Of a stretch of DNA of 64,000 bases, positions 11,909 through 24,228 are shown piece after piece. The notes beneath the pieces were generated by a model. The model was not told the origin of the DNA and searched no databases. It saw only the letters and a program-made list of their open reading frames with translations. The stretch's first letter is position 1. Each line of letters opens with the position of its first letter. The stretch is from Azolla caroliniana (lineage: Eukaryota > Plantae > Polypodiophyta): the NCBI GenBank assembly GCA_043228905.1, contig JBHGNT010000017.1, positions 4,650,001-4,714,000 on the forward strand. The letters are read 5' to 3'. Made by a program: the position numbers and the translations under genes.

Positions 11909-14412
11909 TTCCTTTCCAGTTCTACAGAATTGAAAATCTGAACAAAGACATACCTATCACACATGATTTAGATGTCATTCTGCAGGTGAAAACAAGTTTT
12001 TTTGAGGAATTGAGAAGCAAATCGTTTCTGATCCGAATCAGAACCTTTTGGAAACAAATTGATTCACAGAACTGGGGCCTACTCAGTGAGACGAAAGAAA
12101 TGACAATCTAAAGGAAAAGATGCTGTTTGTGCTATTTAGAAGTTGATGTCTAGTAAAAAAACAAACCTTTTCTTGATCTATTGACAAGCAGAAATCCATT
12201 TCTGATGAGAATTGGATCCTTTTGGAAGGAAACTGATCCTTTTCACATGGAAACGATATTCAGACAGATGCATAAAGCACTCTTTAGAAGTCTCTTTACA
12301 TTAAAAGCATCAAGCTTTCTGTTATCAGAATGAAACTCTTTTGAAAGGAAACCAAACCTTAAAATGTAGCTCAGCAGGATGAATCGATGGAAAAACTATA
12401 GGTTTACATAAAAGCAGATAAAACGTTAAGATTCACATAAGTTTCTTCCTGAATCTGAGCAGAGTGGATATAAGGTATGGATTTTCTTAGATATGAACGC
12501 TCTTCTTGAAGAGCTCTTGAGCATCAAGATCTCTCTGACTTGGGACATAATCTGATCCTGGAGAAAGAAAACCCGAGTTATCTCTGATGGGAGACAGTTC
12601 AATTTGATCTGGAATCAGGCTTAATCATATAAACGCCTCCTGAGATTTCTACGATACTTCTCTCAGTGAGGGTACTCTTAGGAAGGCTTGTGGATGGAAG
12701 ATCCCAATCTGAGTCTTCATTATTGTGGATGGAAGATCATAGTTCCATCAGAGATTATTTTTTCTTGAACAAGAATCGGGCATTAAAAAACTTACTGACC
12801 AGAATCGGAGCCTCTCATGATTGATCCTCTGAGACGTACTTCGCAATCTTGTTGTCTTCTTCTTCTTGATCAATAGTCTGTAAATGGACGCCAATTTCTG
12901 ATCAGAATCTCATCCTTGCTGAAATATATGGTTCTCCTTCAAGGAATTAGCTTAAAAGCGGGCTCTAATCTCGGATCAGAGATGATGAATCTTCTCGAAG
13001 ATAGCTCAATAAGCATCAAAATATTTCCGATCAGAATCTCGATTAAGGAATTAAGAGATTTATCTCTGGTTTCCAGATATGGTTGTGCTCCTCCCTTCAT
13101 CTTTTGGTTCGTGTTTTTGTCCTCAATGCAGCTCGAGTATCCTCAGACGCAGCAAAGATTCCGAAGATTCTCCGATGAGACTCTGAGAGAGAAATTCTCA
13201 ATGCTTATATTAAAAACGAGACATAGTTTGCTTACCGACGCTAATTTTGATCTGATCAGATCAATCTCGAAGGAATACATACAAATTTACAATATAAATA
13301 AACATATATTATGAGACGATATGTCTTTCTCTGATCAGGCCTGTTCAGAATCGAACGCTAGCCTCTGATGGATGAATGGAGAAGAAAAAGGAGCTCTGAG
13401 GTGGGGGTGGGGAAGAAGAAGAAGAAGAAGAAGAAGATCAACTCACGAGAGATGGCCCATCGCCATAGCCAGTATCGCCATCGCCACTTCTGCTTTGTTT
13501 TTTCCATTTCGTATTTATTGAGAGAAAAAAACTCTACAGTAAGTATATCAAGAGATAAACGCAAAGGCAAGTAAATAAAATGAAATAAAACGAATTAAAT
13601 GAATAAATAAAAGCAGAATCGATCATTTTCGACGCTATTATTGCTATTATTATTATTATTATTATTATCGCATAATTATATATTTATAATTAACTATGCG
13701 ATAATAGTAATAATTAATAATTAATAATTATATGTATAAAAAACCATCGCTATGTAAATAAAGTATTTAGGGGGGGGGGGGGGTTAATTAATTATGCGAT
13801 AATAATATTAGTTAATAATTAGTAAATATATCTATTTATTTTTTTAAACTTCGTCTTTGGTCTTTTATGTTTTGTCCTAAGATTTGTTTATAATTTTACT
13901 TTTTTGGCTATTTTTCCGACTTAAGTTAATAAATTGCATTATGTATGCATATGTTTTTATTTATTTATTTGGTTGCTCTCAACAAGTGAAAATCCTAATC
14001 ATTAGAACCACACGAATTTTTCCCTCATACGGTTCCACGAAATTAATTCCCTAAATACCCTTTTGTCGTGTCTTGTTGTTCATCCAATCCGGACATGACC
14101 CACGGCAGACCCACCCCCTCTCATGCCCCACACATCACTCACAATATTTGCTTTTGTCCGGCGGACACTCGCCCACCAATGGGTGGGTGGCGTCCCGACT
14201 CCCAATGGCCACGGATGTACACTATCCTTCTTGTTTTACTTCGTGTCCCCCCCCTCCCCCCCCCCCCCCTTTTTCCCCACATGGACCAACACAGCATACC
14301 ACACAATATGTGCCCATCCATGGACACCTACCTACTCATTCATGAATGGCCTCCTCCCAATGGTTGTGACAATGGCATGTACTGCGGGTGCGGGGATAAT
14401 GGTGTTGGGATC

Positions 14413-14880
14413 TAACAATCGGCAACGGTTTGGTTCCGAACCGAACCGCGAAACTGCAGCTTAACTGTTTATACGGTTCAGGTTGGTTCGGTTCAAGTTC
14501 AAGTTCAAGTTTTTGTAAACGGTTTGGTTTTAATGGTTTTAAACCGCGGTTTAAACGATTTAACGGTTTCATGGTTTTTTTTCTAATTTTTAATTTTTAA
14601 TTTTTTTTAAAACTACCTTTTTTTCTAAAAGCCTAATTCTCACATTTTAGGAAAAATCTTTAAAATTTGAAATAATAAAAATTAATTAATTTTAAAATAT
14701 TTATTTTGACTTAAGTTGAAAACTGAAACCAAACCACGAAACCACGGTTTTAGCAGTTTAATGGTTTAACGGTTTGGATTTTTACCAAACAGTTCGGTTA
14801 AACGGTTTTGTGGTTCCGTTCAGATTTCAAGATTTTAAAACGGTTTGGACACTCTCAAACCGAACCGTTGCCGATTGTTA
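14413..14880. mobile_element. Non-autonomous hAT-type element (MITE)
   Basis: TIRs TAACAATCGGCAACGG / CCGTTGCCGATTGTTA, perfect 8-bp TSD TTGGGATC (14405-14412, 14881-14888), and many subterminal AACCG/CGGTT motifs. Confidence 0.93.
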
Positions 14881-15430
14881 TTGGGATCCAATTGTTTGGG
14901 ATTTGGATTCGAGGCAACAGTTCTACCTTATATTATAAGTATTCTAAAACAAAATTATAAGTTCTTAGAATGTGTATTTTTACGGTAAAATACGTTGAAT
15001 ACTTGAATACCACTCATGTTGAACAATGAATACTAAGTTTACTTGAAATTTGAATACAATAGAGTAAATAACAATTGTCTTTATGGTCTATGGATAACAC
15101 ATGGTTATCTATGTTTCAAAAAATTATTTGGATTGACATAGAATAGGTAATCAAGAGGGTGTCGTAGGAGACCTTACGACAACAAGAGGTGACATGTGGT
15201 CGTCAATCATAATCTTGCTACACAAAAAATCAAGGATATCCTCCCAACACTCCTCTATCTATTCCATGATCAATCATCTTTTCATTAAAAGGCCTACTTT
15301 AGTCACTCCATGTAGGATATAAACCTTTATTGCATATTACCTTAGGGAATTCATGTGAAGTAGTATAATTTTCTCATCTACAACCATATGCATTTTGGAA
15401 GATTTTATTATATGGACGTAGAATCATATA

Positions 15431-16659
15431 CAGTAGACATTCGGTTAAGTGCGTGCCCACATAAGTGCACCATTCTATTAAGTGCGCTTTTTTTAGTGGT
15501 CAAAATCCGGATCAAAAAAATTACATTGTTTCATGACGAAATTACATCAAACCAAGTTAAAACTATGTTCCAAACATTCAGAAAACAACGAAAGGAGCTT
15601 TTGTGGGTATGTCTATGTGTGTGTTTACGATTACAAGGACATCCCACAAGTTTAGTCACATAGGAACCAAGAAGTGTTATGGTAACGAGAGCGAGTCCAA
15701 ACATTAAGAAAACAACGAAAGGAGTTTCTGTGGGTATGTCATGTGTGTCATGTGTTCTACATGTGTGTGTGTGCGTGTGTGTGTTACGATTACAAATCTG
15801 TGATTTTGATTCTTGATTAAAGAACATAAGCAAAGAATGGAAAACAAATCTTGATGATCGTGAATAGTCAAGTTTTGTAGCAATTGGCTGTGAACGTGAG
15901 CTCTCCTTCTCCACGCACAACATATCCATCTGTTCTCCTTCTCTTTCTGTGTGTGCCTGTATCACATCTGTGTGTGCTCTTTTCTTGCATGAAGAAAGCC
16001 TCTCTCCCTCCCTCTCTCTTTCTGTGCATCTTGTTTAGATGACAAAAGTTGCAGTCGGTGATTTATCTGTTGCTCCCCCTCTCTCTTTTCTTGTCTCCTC
16101 CATCTGTACTTCAATTCCTCAAACTTGCTGCCACTAGGAAGAAAACGCAAGAAAAAATCCCATCGCATGATGCATCCAAGGAAGCTCATTAGGTTTGTTG
16201 CATAATGGATGTATTTCTCAGATGTAGCAAAAAGACAAATACCATCTAGAATCGAGAAAGAAATTGAAGAGTGTGTATGGTGAAACTAGAAACATTTTAG
16301 GTTAATTTAACACATAAATTGATCACTTTTCTTATCAAGAATTGTATGATTAGCATACAGAAGGAAAAATATTTCAGAAAACCCTAAAAATTTCCCTAAA
16401 ACCCTAAAATGTTTGAGAGAAAGAAATTGAAAAGTATGAATGGTGGAACTAGAAACGTTTTAGGTCAATTTATCACATAAATTTATCACTTTTCTTATCA
16501 AGAATTGTATGATTAGCATACAGAAGGAAAATATTTCAGAAAACCCTAAAAATTTCCAAAAAACCCTAAAATGTTTCAGAAAACCCCTAAGTGCGCAGCT
16601 CGGTTAAGTGTGCACTTCTTCCTTGCGTTCAAAGTGCGCACTTAACCGAATGTCTACTG
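15431..16659. mobile_element. Non-autonomous Tc1/mariner (pogo-like) DNA transposon
   Basis: Perfect 23-bp TIRs CAGTAGACATTCGGTTAAGTGCG / CGCACTTAACCGAATGTCTACTG with TA on both flanks. It has internal direct duplications (~15565/15690 and ~16256/16418) and no transposase ORF. Confidence 0.9.
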
Positions 16660-16899
16660 TACACACCACACCCACTCCAAAACATCGACTCAATCGTCAA
16701 ACCCAACCCATCTTCCCTAGTTTAGGTCCTTGATGGTCCTGCTAATGTTTCATATGCACATGCAAGTGCTACCTGAGCAAGACCTCAGGGGATCTCAACC
16801 AGGGAGGACGTGATCTTGTGCAAGAAGGCTATAAGCCACTCGATGGGTTGCCTCTTGTAAATTCCTCTTTTTGTGAAATAACATTGTCAAGATCAAGGA

Positions 16900-17100
16900 C
16901 TTGATTCGAGTCGAGAGAATTCCAGACTCGAGGAAACCTGAAAGTCAAATCAAGGAAAGCCTTTGACTTGAGGAATGTTATAAGACAAGTTGAGGAAAGC
17001 CTTCAACTCGAGGAAACCTCAAAGTCAAGGAAAGCTTAGACTCCACTTGGCGAAACCTGTTTGACTTGAGGAAAGCTTTGAGTCGAGGAATTCCTTCACC
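16900..17100. repeat. Degenerate short tandem repeats (gactcgaggaaac/gacttgaggaaag), possibly an LTR remnant
   Basis: The motif recurs about 6-7 times. Confidence 0.5.
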
Positions 17101-20100
17101 TCTCATTAGCGTTGTGATTCAATCTTGCCCTCTCTCACACACAATTAAATATATGAATCAATTAAACCCTTTTCTTGAAGTTTTTGAGGCGGAGTACCAT
17201 TGTAGTTTGATACAACGTTTTACATTTGACAATATATGAATCAATTAAATGCCTATACATATTTCTCTCATAGTGACAATGTGCTTTTCCAACTAACTGT
17301 TCATTAGTCAAATATTTTGAATATCTTGTCTACATTCAACTCTAAATATATTACTTGTTGTTCGGTTTTTATCTCATATTTAATTTGAGGGTGATAACAA
17401 TATCTCCCTCTCGCATCTCATATTTAACTTCTAATGATCATTGATGATAATAAGAGCTCTCTCTTTCTAGGATGATGATAAACTTATCTAGACTTGTATA
17501 GAGTAGACATAATTATGTTTGGTAGGACACTCATTTACCATGTGGGAACCTTGACGATTGAAGTATGTGAATGTGACCCTATACATAGGGTTGCGGGGGT
17601 TCTCCTCTTCAATTTCTCAACGTATGCACATGATAGATGTTTCCATCTAGTTCGATGTAATGTGAGAATACTTTGTGATTGTGTAGATATCCTCATCATC
17701 ATAGATCCTATTATCTAGATATTGTGGTGATCATAATAGAGTTTGTTTTTGGTTGATGTTTATTCAATTTACTTTATATAAGTAGATGTGGAAGTATATG
17801 GTAAGTCACACTCTTGAAATGAGTATAAGGGTGTGATTAGGAAGATAGTATGCCAAGGGAGCTAATTCACTCTATGGGCATGCTCAAAAGTGTTTGACAC
17901 CCTCTATCTTCTGTCTTGCAAGCTATAGGGTGTTTACCCACATGTTGGTTCGTTGCGAAGGTGTTTGGGTGGGTAAATACCAATGGATAATGTTAAAAGA
18001 AATAGAATATTTAGCATTTCAGCCAAAATTGACTGTGTAAGTCGAACAATCATCAACAAATTCCAAATATATGGTATTTCAAGTACAAGATCTATCAATT
18101 GGAACATTGAGAATATCATCAACATGATTTGAAGCATGTATATATGTTACAAAAGGTAACATGAATACATGCACTTGTGACCAACTTTCAACACCTACAG
18201 AATTTTCCAAATACTCAATCAATAACCCTTATATTACACTCTTTATAGTCATGCATCGTAATGTTTTTCCTTATCAATACACTTTAAGAAGTTCTTTGAA
18301 CAACACTTGATGTTAAATACTGTTTTAAATTTTCAATATCATGATCTAATCATACAACAAGCAAGAGCATTTACAAAATCCTACTATTCCCGCTTTATGG
18401 GGATGAAGGTTCATTTCTTTCTTGAACGAAACCCCCATAGGATAATTTGTATGGAGAGGTTCTAATTGAGGCATGATCAAGCAAATAAGAAAATATGTTA
18501 AACTATCCATAGACATTTTAGGAATGTGGTCAACATAGAGATAACTCTTGCTAACTGTGTTAGAAAAACATTGGTTGCAAAAATATTAGTACTTGTCACT
18601 CTAAGAGTATGAATTGTAACCAAAAAGTTTCTCATTGCATATACACGTAAGACTACTGCTTTCTGGGCTGAAGATGGGGATCTTCACCTAGTACACGACC
18701 CTGTTTCAGGAGGACTTATGAAAGCTGGAAATGGAACTCTCACGATCATGTTTGCAGGATTGTTGAAGTACAAGATGTGTTCCTAAGGCTTCCAACTACA
18801 GATGTGGTCTCATGGAATGCAATGATGACAAGGCATACATAACATGGATGTTGGTTGATATGATGTTGATGTGGAAAAATGAAGCATACTCCTTGATATT
18901 TTCAAAACGATGAGTGGTGATGGTGTGGAGGTGAGAAGCATATTCCTGAGTGTCGAGGAGGCGTCTCGTAGCTAACTAAATTGTGGATATATCTTCCCTA
19001 CCATGGCATTCATCGGAAAAGATTTCGAACAGATTGCAAGGATTTGTAAAGTGCAATGGAAATGGTCTTACAAATTCACCAACGAGAGGTTGAGATAGAA
19101 TAACACTTTATTGTAGAGGCCCAATTCCTATTTGCAAAACAATCTTTTAAATATAGCCACAACATGTGGCACTTTGGTTGAAGGAAAAAGAGGTTTGTGA
19201 AACCATGCCTATGACAGATATTGCACCATGGAATGCATTGATCACATGATATGTAAGCAAGTGTAATGGCTTTGTGCCTTGAAGTTATTGGCAAAAATGT
19301 TGGGTGAGAAGGTGGAAATCATCTTAGAGTGCATTATTTGTGGTTTTCATAGGTCATCATGGTTAGAGCCATTGTAATGTTTTAGCCTAATCATTTCGTC
19401 ATGTATGTACTAATGAAGAATGTTTTTTAAAGAAAAAAAAGGCTACTGCTTTCTATTGTCAATACAAAAAAGCTACAATTGTGAATGATTGTCCATCACT
19501 TCAAATCCCCCTTAGTGACATTCAACATTTTAACGTCTCATCATGTTTCCAAAAGCCAAAGGACACCATAGTTACCTCTCTTGTTTTTTGGAAGTCAATA
19601 AGATCTTGTTATGTCAATACCATAATGTTTCATTCCAAACTTTGTGAATGGTAAAGCTCTCACATAGCACCATTACTAACATTGTTATTTAGGTCAATAA
19701 GATGCTTTCATGTCAACACCACTGGGCTTCTTGAATACCTTTTGAACTCATGTCCAACCAAATTAAAATAAAGGCTTCTTATGGCACTAACCTTTTCAAG
19801 GAGAATCGTTGAAGGGAATGTCCCTGGTTATAAAGCACTTTCAAATGTTCTCGTTATGGAGGAGGAAATTGGCTTGGACAAAGTCATGATGTGGAGTGCA
19901 AATGGGGAAAAACATTGAGGTGAAGAGTTTCATTAAAACATCAAGGCAATAGATTAAATTATAAGAGCTAAGCAATACAATAAATGGATTCAATACCCAC
20001 AATATACAACAAAGGGAAAAAGCTTATCTACAATCCACTAGATACAATACGATAACGAGGCATGTTGTGAAAACAAAAAGAAGGAAATTGCATTTTGCAA

Positions 20101-20310
20101 CAATCAAGTGTTTATCCAAGGATAATGTTGGCTCGATCAGCTTAAATAATAAGAGATAAACAATATAGTAATTGGGTGAAGGGTTCAATACCCGTGTTAT
20201 ACAACAAAGGGAAAAAAGTTATCTATAACCCACAGGAAACAAGAAGGCATGTGGTAAAAATGAAAACAAGGAGATGCATTCTGCAATTTATCTAAGAAAA
20301 AGTGCCAATG

Positions 20311-20775
20311 TATTAGAGATTAGGTACTAAAGTAAGCATAAAATAAGGATATATCAATGATAGATCTAGAAAGAATAGAGAGAAAAGAGAGAAAGAAGGG
20401 TGCCGATCCACCCGACCACCCCCGAGCGAAGGGATCGAGACGGACTCGAGCCTCGATCGGCGTCCCATACCACCGCCTTGGCGTCGAGTCGTACCTGGAC
20501 GATAGCGCGCTTGCTACAAGAGTCGTTCCACTCACGGACAGAGTCTCGACGTAGTCAATGCATGCCCAAATGAGGGTAGCTAGGCCTCTTATTTATAGTA
20601 ATTCTCAAGGCCCCCAGCCATGTTCACACTTGGCCTCATGGGTTGTCTCAATCCCGAGGATTAAAAGTAATCCTCCCCTTCTTTAGACTCTTTGTTTAAC
20701 CCTCACACTTATCCACGTGTATAGAATACTACGACAATTCTCACCACGGGATATTATATGGTCATGCCCGTAACA
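20311..20775 (-). repeat. Gypsy 3' LTR
   Basis: Direct repeat of 32234-32698, with the PPT immediately internal to it. Confidence 0.97.
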
Positions 20776-23594
20776 TACTCCCCCTCTTTAAAACATTGCA
20801 CTCTTGCAATGGAAAGTTAGGGAAGTTAGTTCTTAGAGTCGTTTCGCGTTCCCATGTGGCATCTTTGATTGATTTATCCATCCATTTTATTTTAAATTCT
20901 CGGATTTCCTTAGCACGTAATTTTTTTGTTTTAACATCGAGAATTCTTTCTGGTACATGTGGTTTAGAAGATAAATCTTCAGAAGTAACCAGAGTTTCAG
21001 TTGTAACTGTATTGTCGCCAGAACCTAGAAGTTCTTTTAGACGACTTACATGAAAGACTGGATGGATTCCAACACCATCGGGAAGAGCGAGACGATAGGC
21101 TGATGATCCAATGCGTTTGAGGACTGTAAAAGGTCCACAAAACCGTGGGGCTAACTTAGCGCACTTACCCGTAGACAATGTCTTAGAATTGTGAGGTACA
21201 CGTAAAAATACCTTCTGTCCAGGGCTGAATACACGAGGTTGCCTGTGATGATCGGCATAAAAACGCGCTCTATCTTGAGCTGTTTTTATATTATCCCGTG
21301 CAATATGCAACATATCTTGCATATCCCGAAGAAAGTTTTGCGTACTTCGCAACTCATCATGATGTATATTAACATCAATCGGGGCTCGTGGCTGAAATCC
21401 ATACATCAACATAAAAGGACTATATCCCGTCGACGTATGCTTGGAGCTGTTATAAGCAAACTCCAAAATTGGGAGGTAACGTTCCCATTTTGTTGGTTTT
21501 GCACCAACGTATGCTCGAAGCATGTCCTCAATAATTTGATTTACTCGTTCTGTCTGTCCATCGGATTGAGGATGATCCGTGGAGCTCATGCTCAACGTAG
21601 TTTCTAACTTCTTAAAGACTTGCGTCCAGAAGTCACTAGTAAACTTCGGATCTCGGTCACTCACGATATCCATCGGTAACCCGTAAAAACGAAATAACTC
21701 ATCAACGAATTGGTAAGCCAATTCAGGAGCTGTTACCGTGGTTTTAGTAGCAATAAATCTGGCCATTTTAGTTAGTCTGTCAACCACAACCCATATGGCA
21801 TCATGACCTTTTTGGGTGCGAGGAAGGCTAACAATAAAATCCATGGATATACTTTCCCACTTATTATTGGGAATGTCCAAGGGATGTAAAAGTCCTGCGG
21901 CTTTAAGTCGCTCGGCTTTGTTAACCTGACATTGGTGACATTTAGTCACATAGCTATGTATGTCAGGACGCATCTTAGGCCAATAAAATTGAGTGGAGAT
22001 GAGAACGAGTGTACGATGTATTCCAGGGTGCCCTGCTGAGGGTGCATCATGGCATTCAAAAAGAATTCTCTTTTTGACCTCAGGTAAATCTGGAACACAA
22101 ACCTTCCCATTACGGTAGAGCAGACCGTTAGCAATGTGGAAGTATTCCTTCGAGGGTGTGGTGGTGTCTGTTCCAGACTCGACTCTTGCCCAGTATTTTG
22201 CAAAATAATTGTCATCAGGATACTTTCCTTGAAGGTGATCATAAAGATCTGATGTTATTTCAGTGAAGCTAAGCATGTTAACTTCACGGATGCGACTTAG
22301 TGCATCAGCGACAGTATTCATGGAACCTTTACGATATCGTATGGAAAAATCAAAGTCCTGGATGAGATCAGCCCATCGTGCCTTACGACCTTTCAGGTCT
22401 TGTTGGTCACAAAAATATTTCAAGGACTCGTGGTCCGTAGTTACCACAAAGCGATTTCCATAAAGATAATGGCGCCATGTTTTGAGCGCATGTATAACCG
22501 CAAATAATTCCTTTTCTTGAACGGTATACCGACATTGAGCAGAATCAAGTTTCTTACTCTCGAATGCTATTGGTTTACCATCTTGATACAAGACAACACC
22601 TATAGCATAATCGCTTGCGTCGGTTTCAACCTCAAAAGGTTTTGAAGGATCGGGTAAAAGAAGTGAAGGAGCCTTGCATACCAAGTCCTTGAGTTCCTTA
22701 AAGGCGAGGTCTAGTGTAACATTCCACACAATAGGTTTTGTAGACTTACGCGTTTGACCTTTTAGAAGATCAGTAAACGGCGTCGTCAATTGTGAGTAAT
22801 TACGAAGAGATTTTCGCAAAAATCCGACAAAACCAAGGAATGATCGAACTTCTCGAATATTCCGAAGAGTGGGCCAAAGCTTGATTTTCTCGATGCGAGA
22901 AGGATCAATTTCAACTCCTCGTTCGGTTATGAGATGTCCAAGATAAGTAATTGATTTCTTGAAGAACTCACATTTTGAGATCTTCGCGTAAAATTGTTTG
23001 TCACGCAATATTTGTAAAACAAAGCGGACATGTCTAGCATGTTCTTGTAATGTACGGCTATAAACTAAAATATCATCTAAGAAGATAACGACAAATTTTC
23101 CAAGTTGTTCTCGGAAAATGTCATTCATTTCTTGTTGAAATGTAGCCGGAGCATTGGTCAAACCAAAAGGCATAACCAAAAACTCATAATGGCCGTAGCG
23201 CGTACGAAATGCTGTTTTAGGAACATCGTCCTCACTTATTCGTATTTGATGGTAGCCAGTACGGAGATCAAGTTTCGTAAAATACCGAGCTCCCTGGAGA
23301 CGGTCAATTAGATCGTCAGCCCGGGGCAATGGGTACGAATTCTTGATCGTCACTTTATTCAAGCGTCGGTAATTAATACACATACGCCATGTGCCCTCTT
23401 TCTTTTTAACCAAGAGAACTGGTGCACCCCATGGAGATTTACTATAACGTATATAACCCATTCGTAAATAGTCCTTAAGTTGCTTAGCTACCTCATCCTC
23501 TTCAGATCGACTTAGGCGATACGGAGGTATACTAATGGGTGCAATGCCAGGTACAATATCTATACGATGGTCTATATTACGTTTAGGAGGTAAA
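20762..23594 (-). CDS. Gypsy pol, C-terminal part (RT, RNase H, integrase, chromodomain)
   Basis: Motifs [53 protein letters not shown] and chromodomain ERILD..KIKW..ATWE. The ORF reads through the PPT into the LTR. Removing the Copia and one TSD copy restores [14 protein letters not shown]. Confidence 0.95.
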
Positions 23595-24218
23595 TGTAAG
23601 GAATAGACGCTTCTATTCACCTTCACCAACTCGGCCACAACCGAGCAATCGCTGATCAATGGAGCAGAAAATAGGAACCACACGGAGAAAGAAACAGAAC
23701 ACGAGCACACAGGGATTTAACGTGGAAAACCCTAGATGGGAAAAACCACGGGAGTACAAGACTCCAAACAACACTATGCAAAAAAGAAGTATACAGTGGC
23801 GAGCTCCAAGGCGACGACCTTGAGCTCGCTGTCCTCGCCACAGGCGGCGGAAATACACAGAGGCGTCGTCCTCTTTCTCTCTCGCGCTCTATCTCTCTCT
23901 CTCTCTTACGGCTACTCTCTCTCTTCACTCCTCTTAAGTGGAAAAACAGAAAAATAAGAAGCAACATAAAAACTGTTTGCCCTAAGTCATATTTATACAT
24001 ATATGACTTTAGGGCTATTTACAACTATAGCCTCAGAGGGGCCCTTAGCAGACATATTCACGGATATGTCCCTGCATCCGGATCTCTTCTTCGGGTACAT
24101 TCGTCATCCGACTCCGAAGTCGGGGTCTTCATCATCCGGTTCCGAAACCGAAACCGGGCTTGTCGACTTTGGCCTCCGACATCCGACCATCCCATCTGAA
24201 GGGACCGAAATCCCAACA
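23595..24218 (-). repeat. Copia 3' LTR
   Basis: Matches 28332-28929 except for 26 extra bp in the CT tract. Confidence 0.96.
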
Positions 24219-24228
24219 AACTCCCCCT

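Noticed and set aside
12000-13570. ORFs 12916-13314 and 13358-13574
   Set aside because: No recognisable protein features. The region is better explained as the WAP 5' UTR and leader intron.
13640-13810. AT-rich inverted repeats (ttatcgcata/tatgcgataa)
   Set aside because: No clear TSD or termini, so too weak to call a MITE or miRNA.
20762-23710. 982-aa ORF taken as an intact gene starting MCSCSV
   Set aside because: Its N-terminus is Copia LTR sequence fused by chance in frame to the Gypsy pol.
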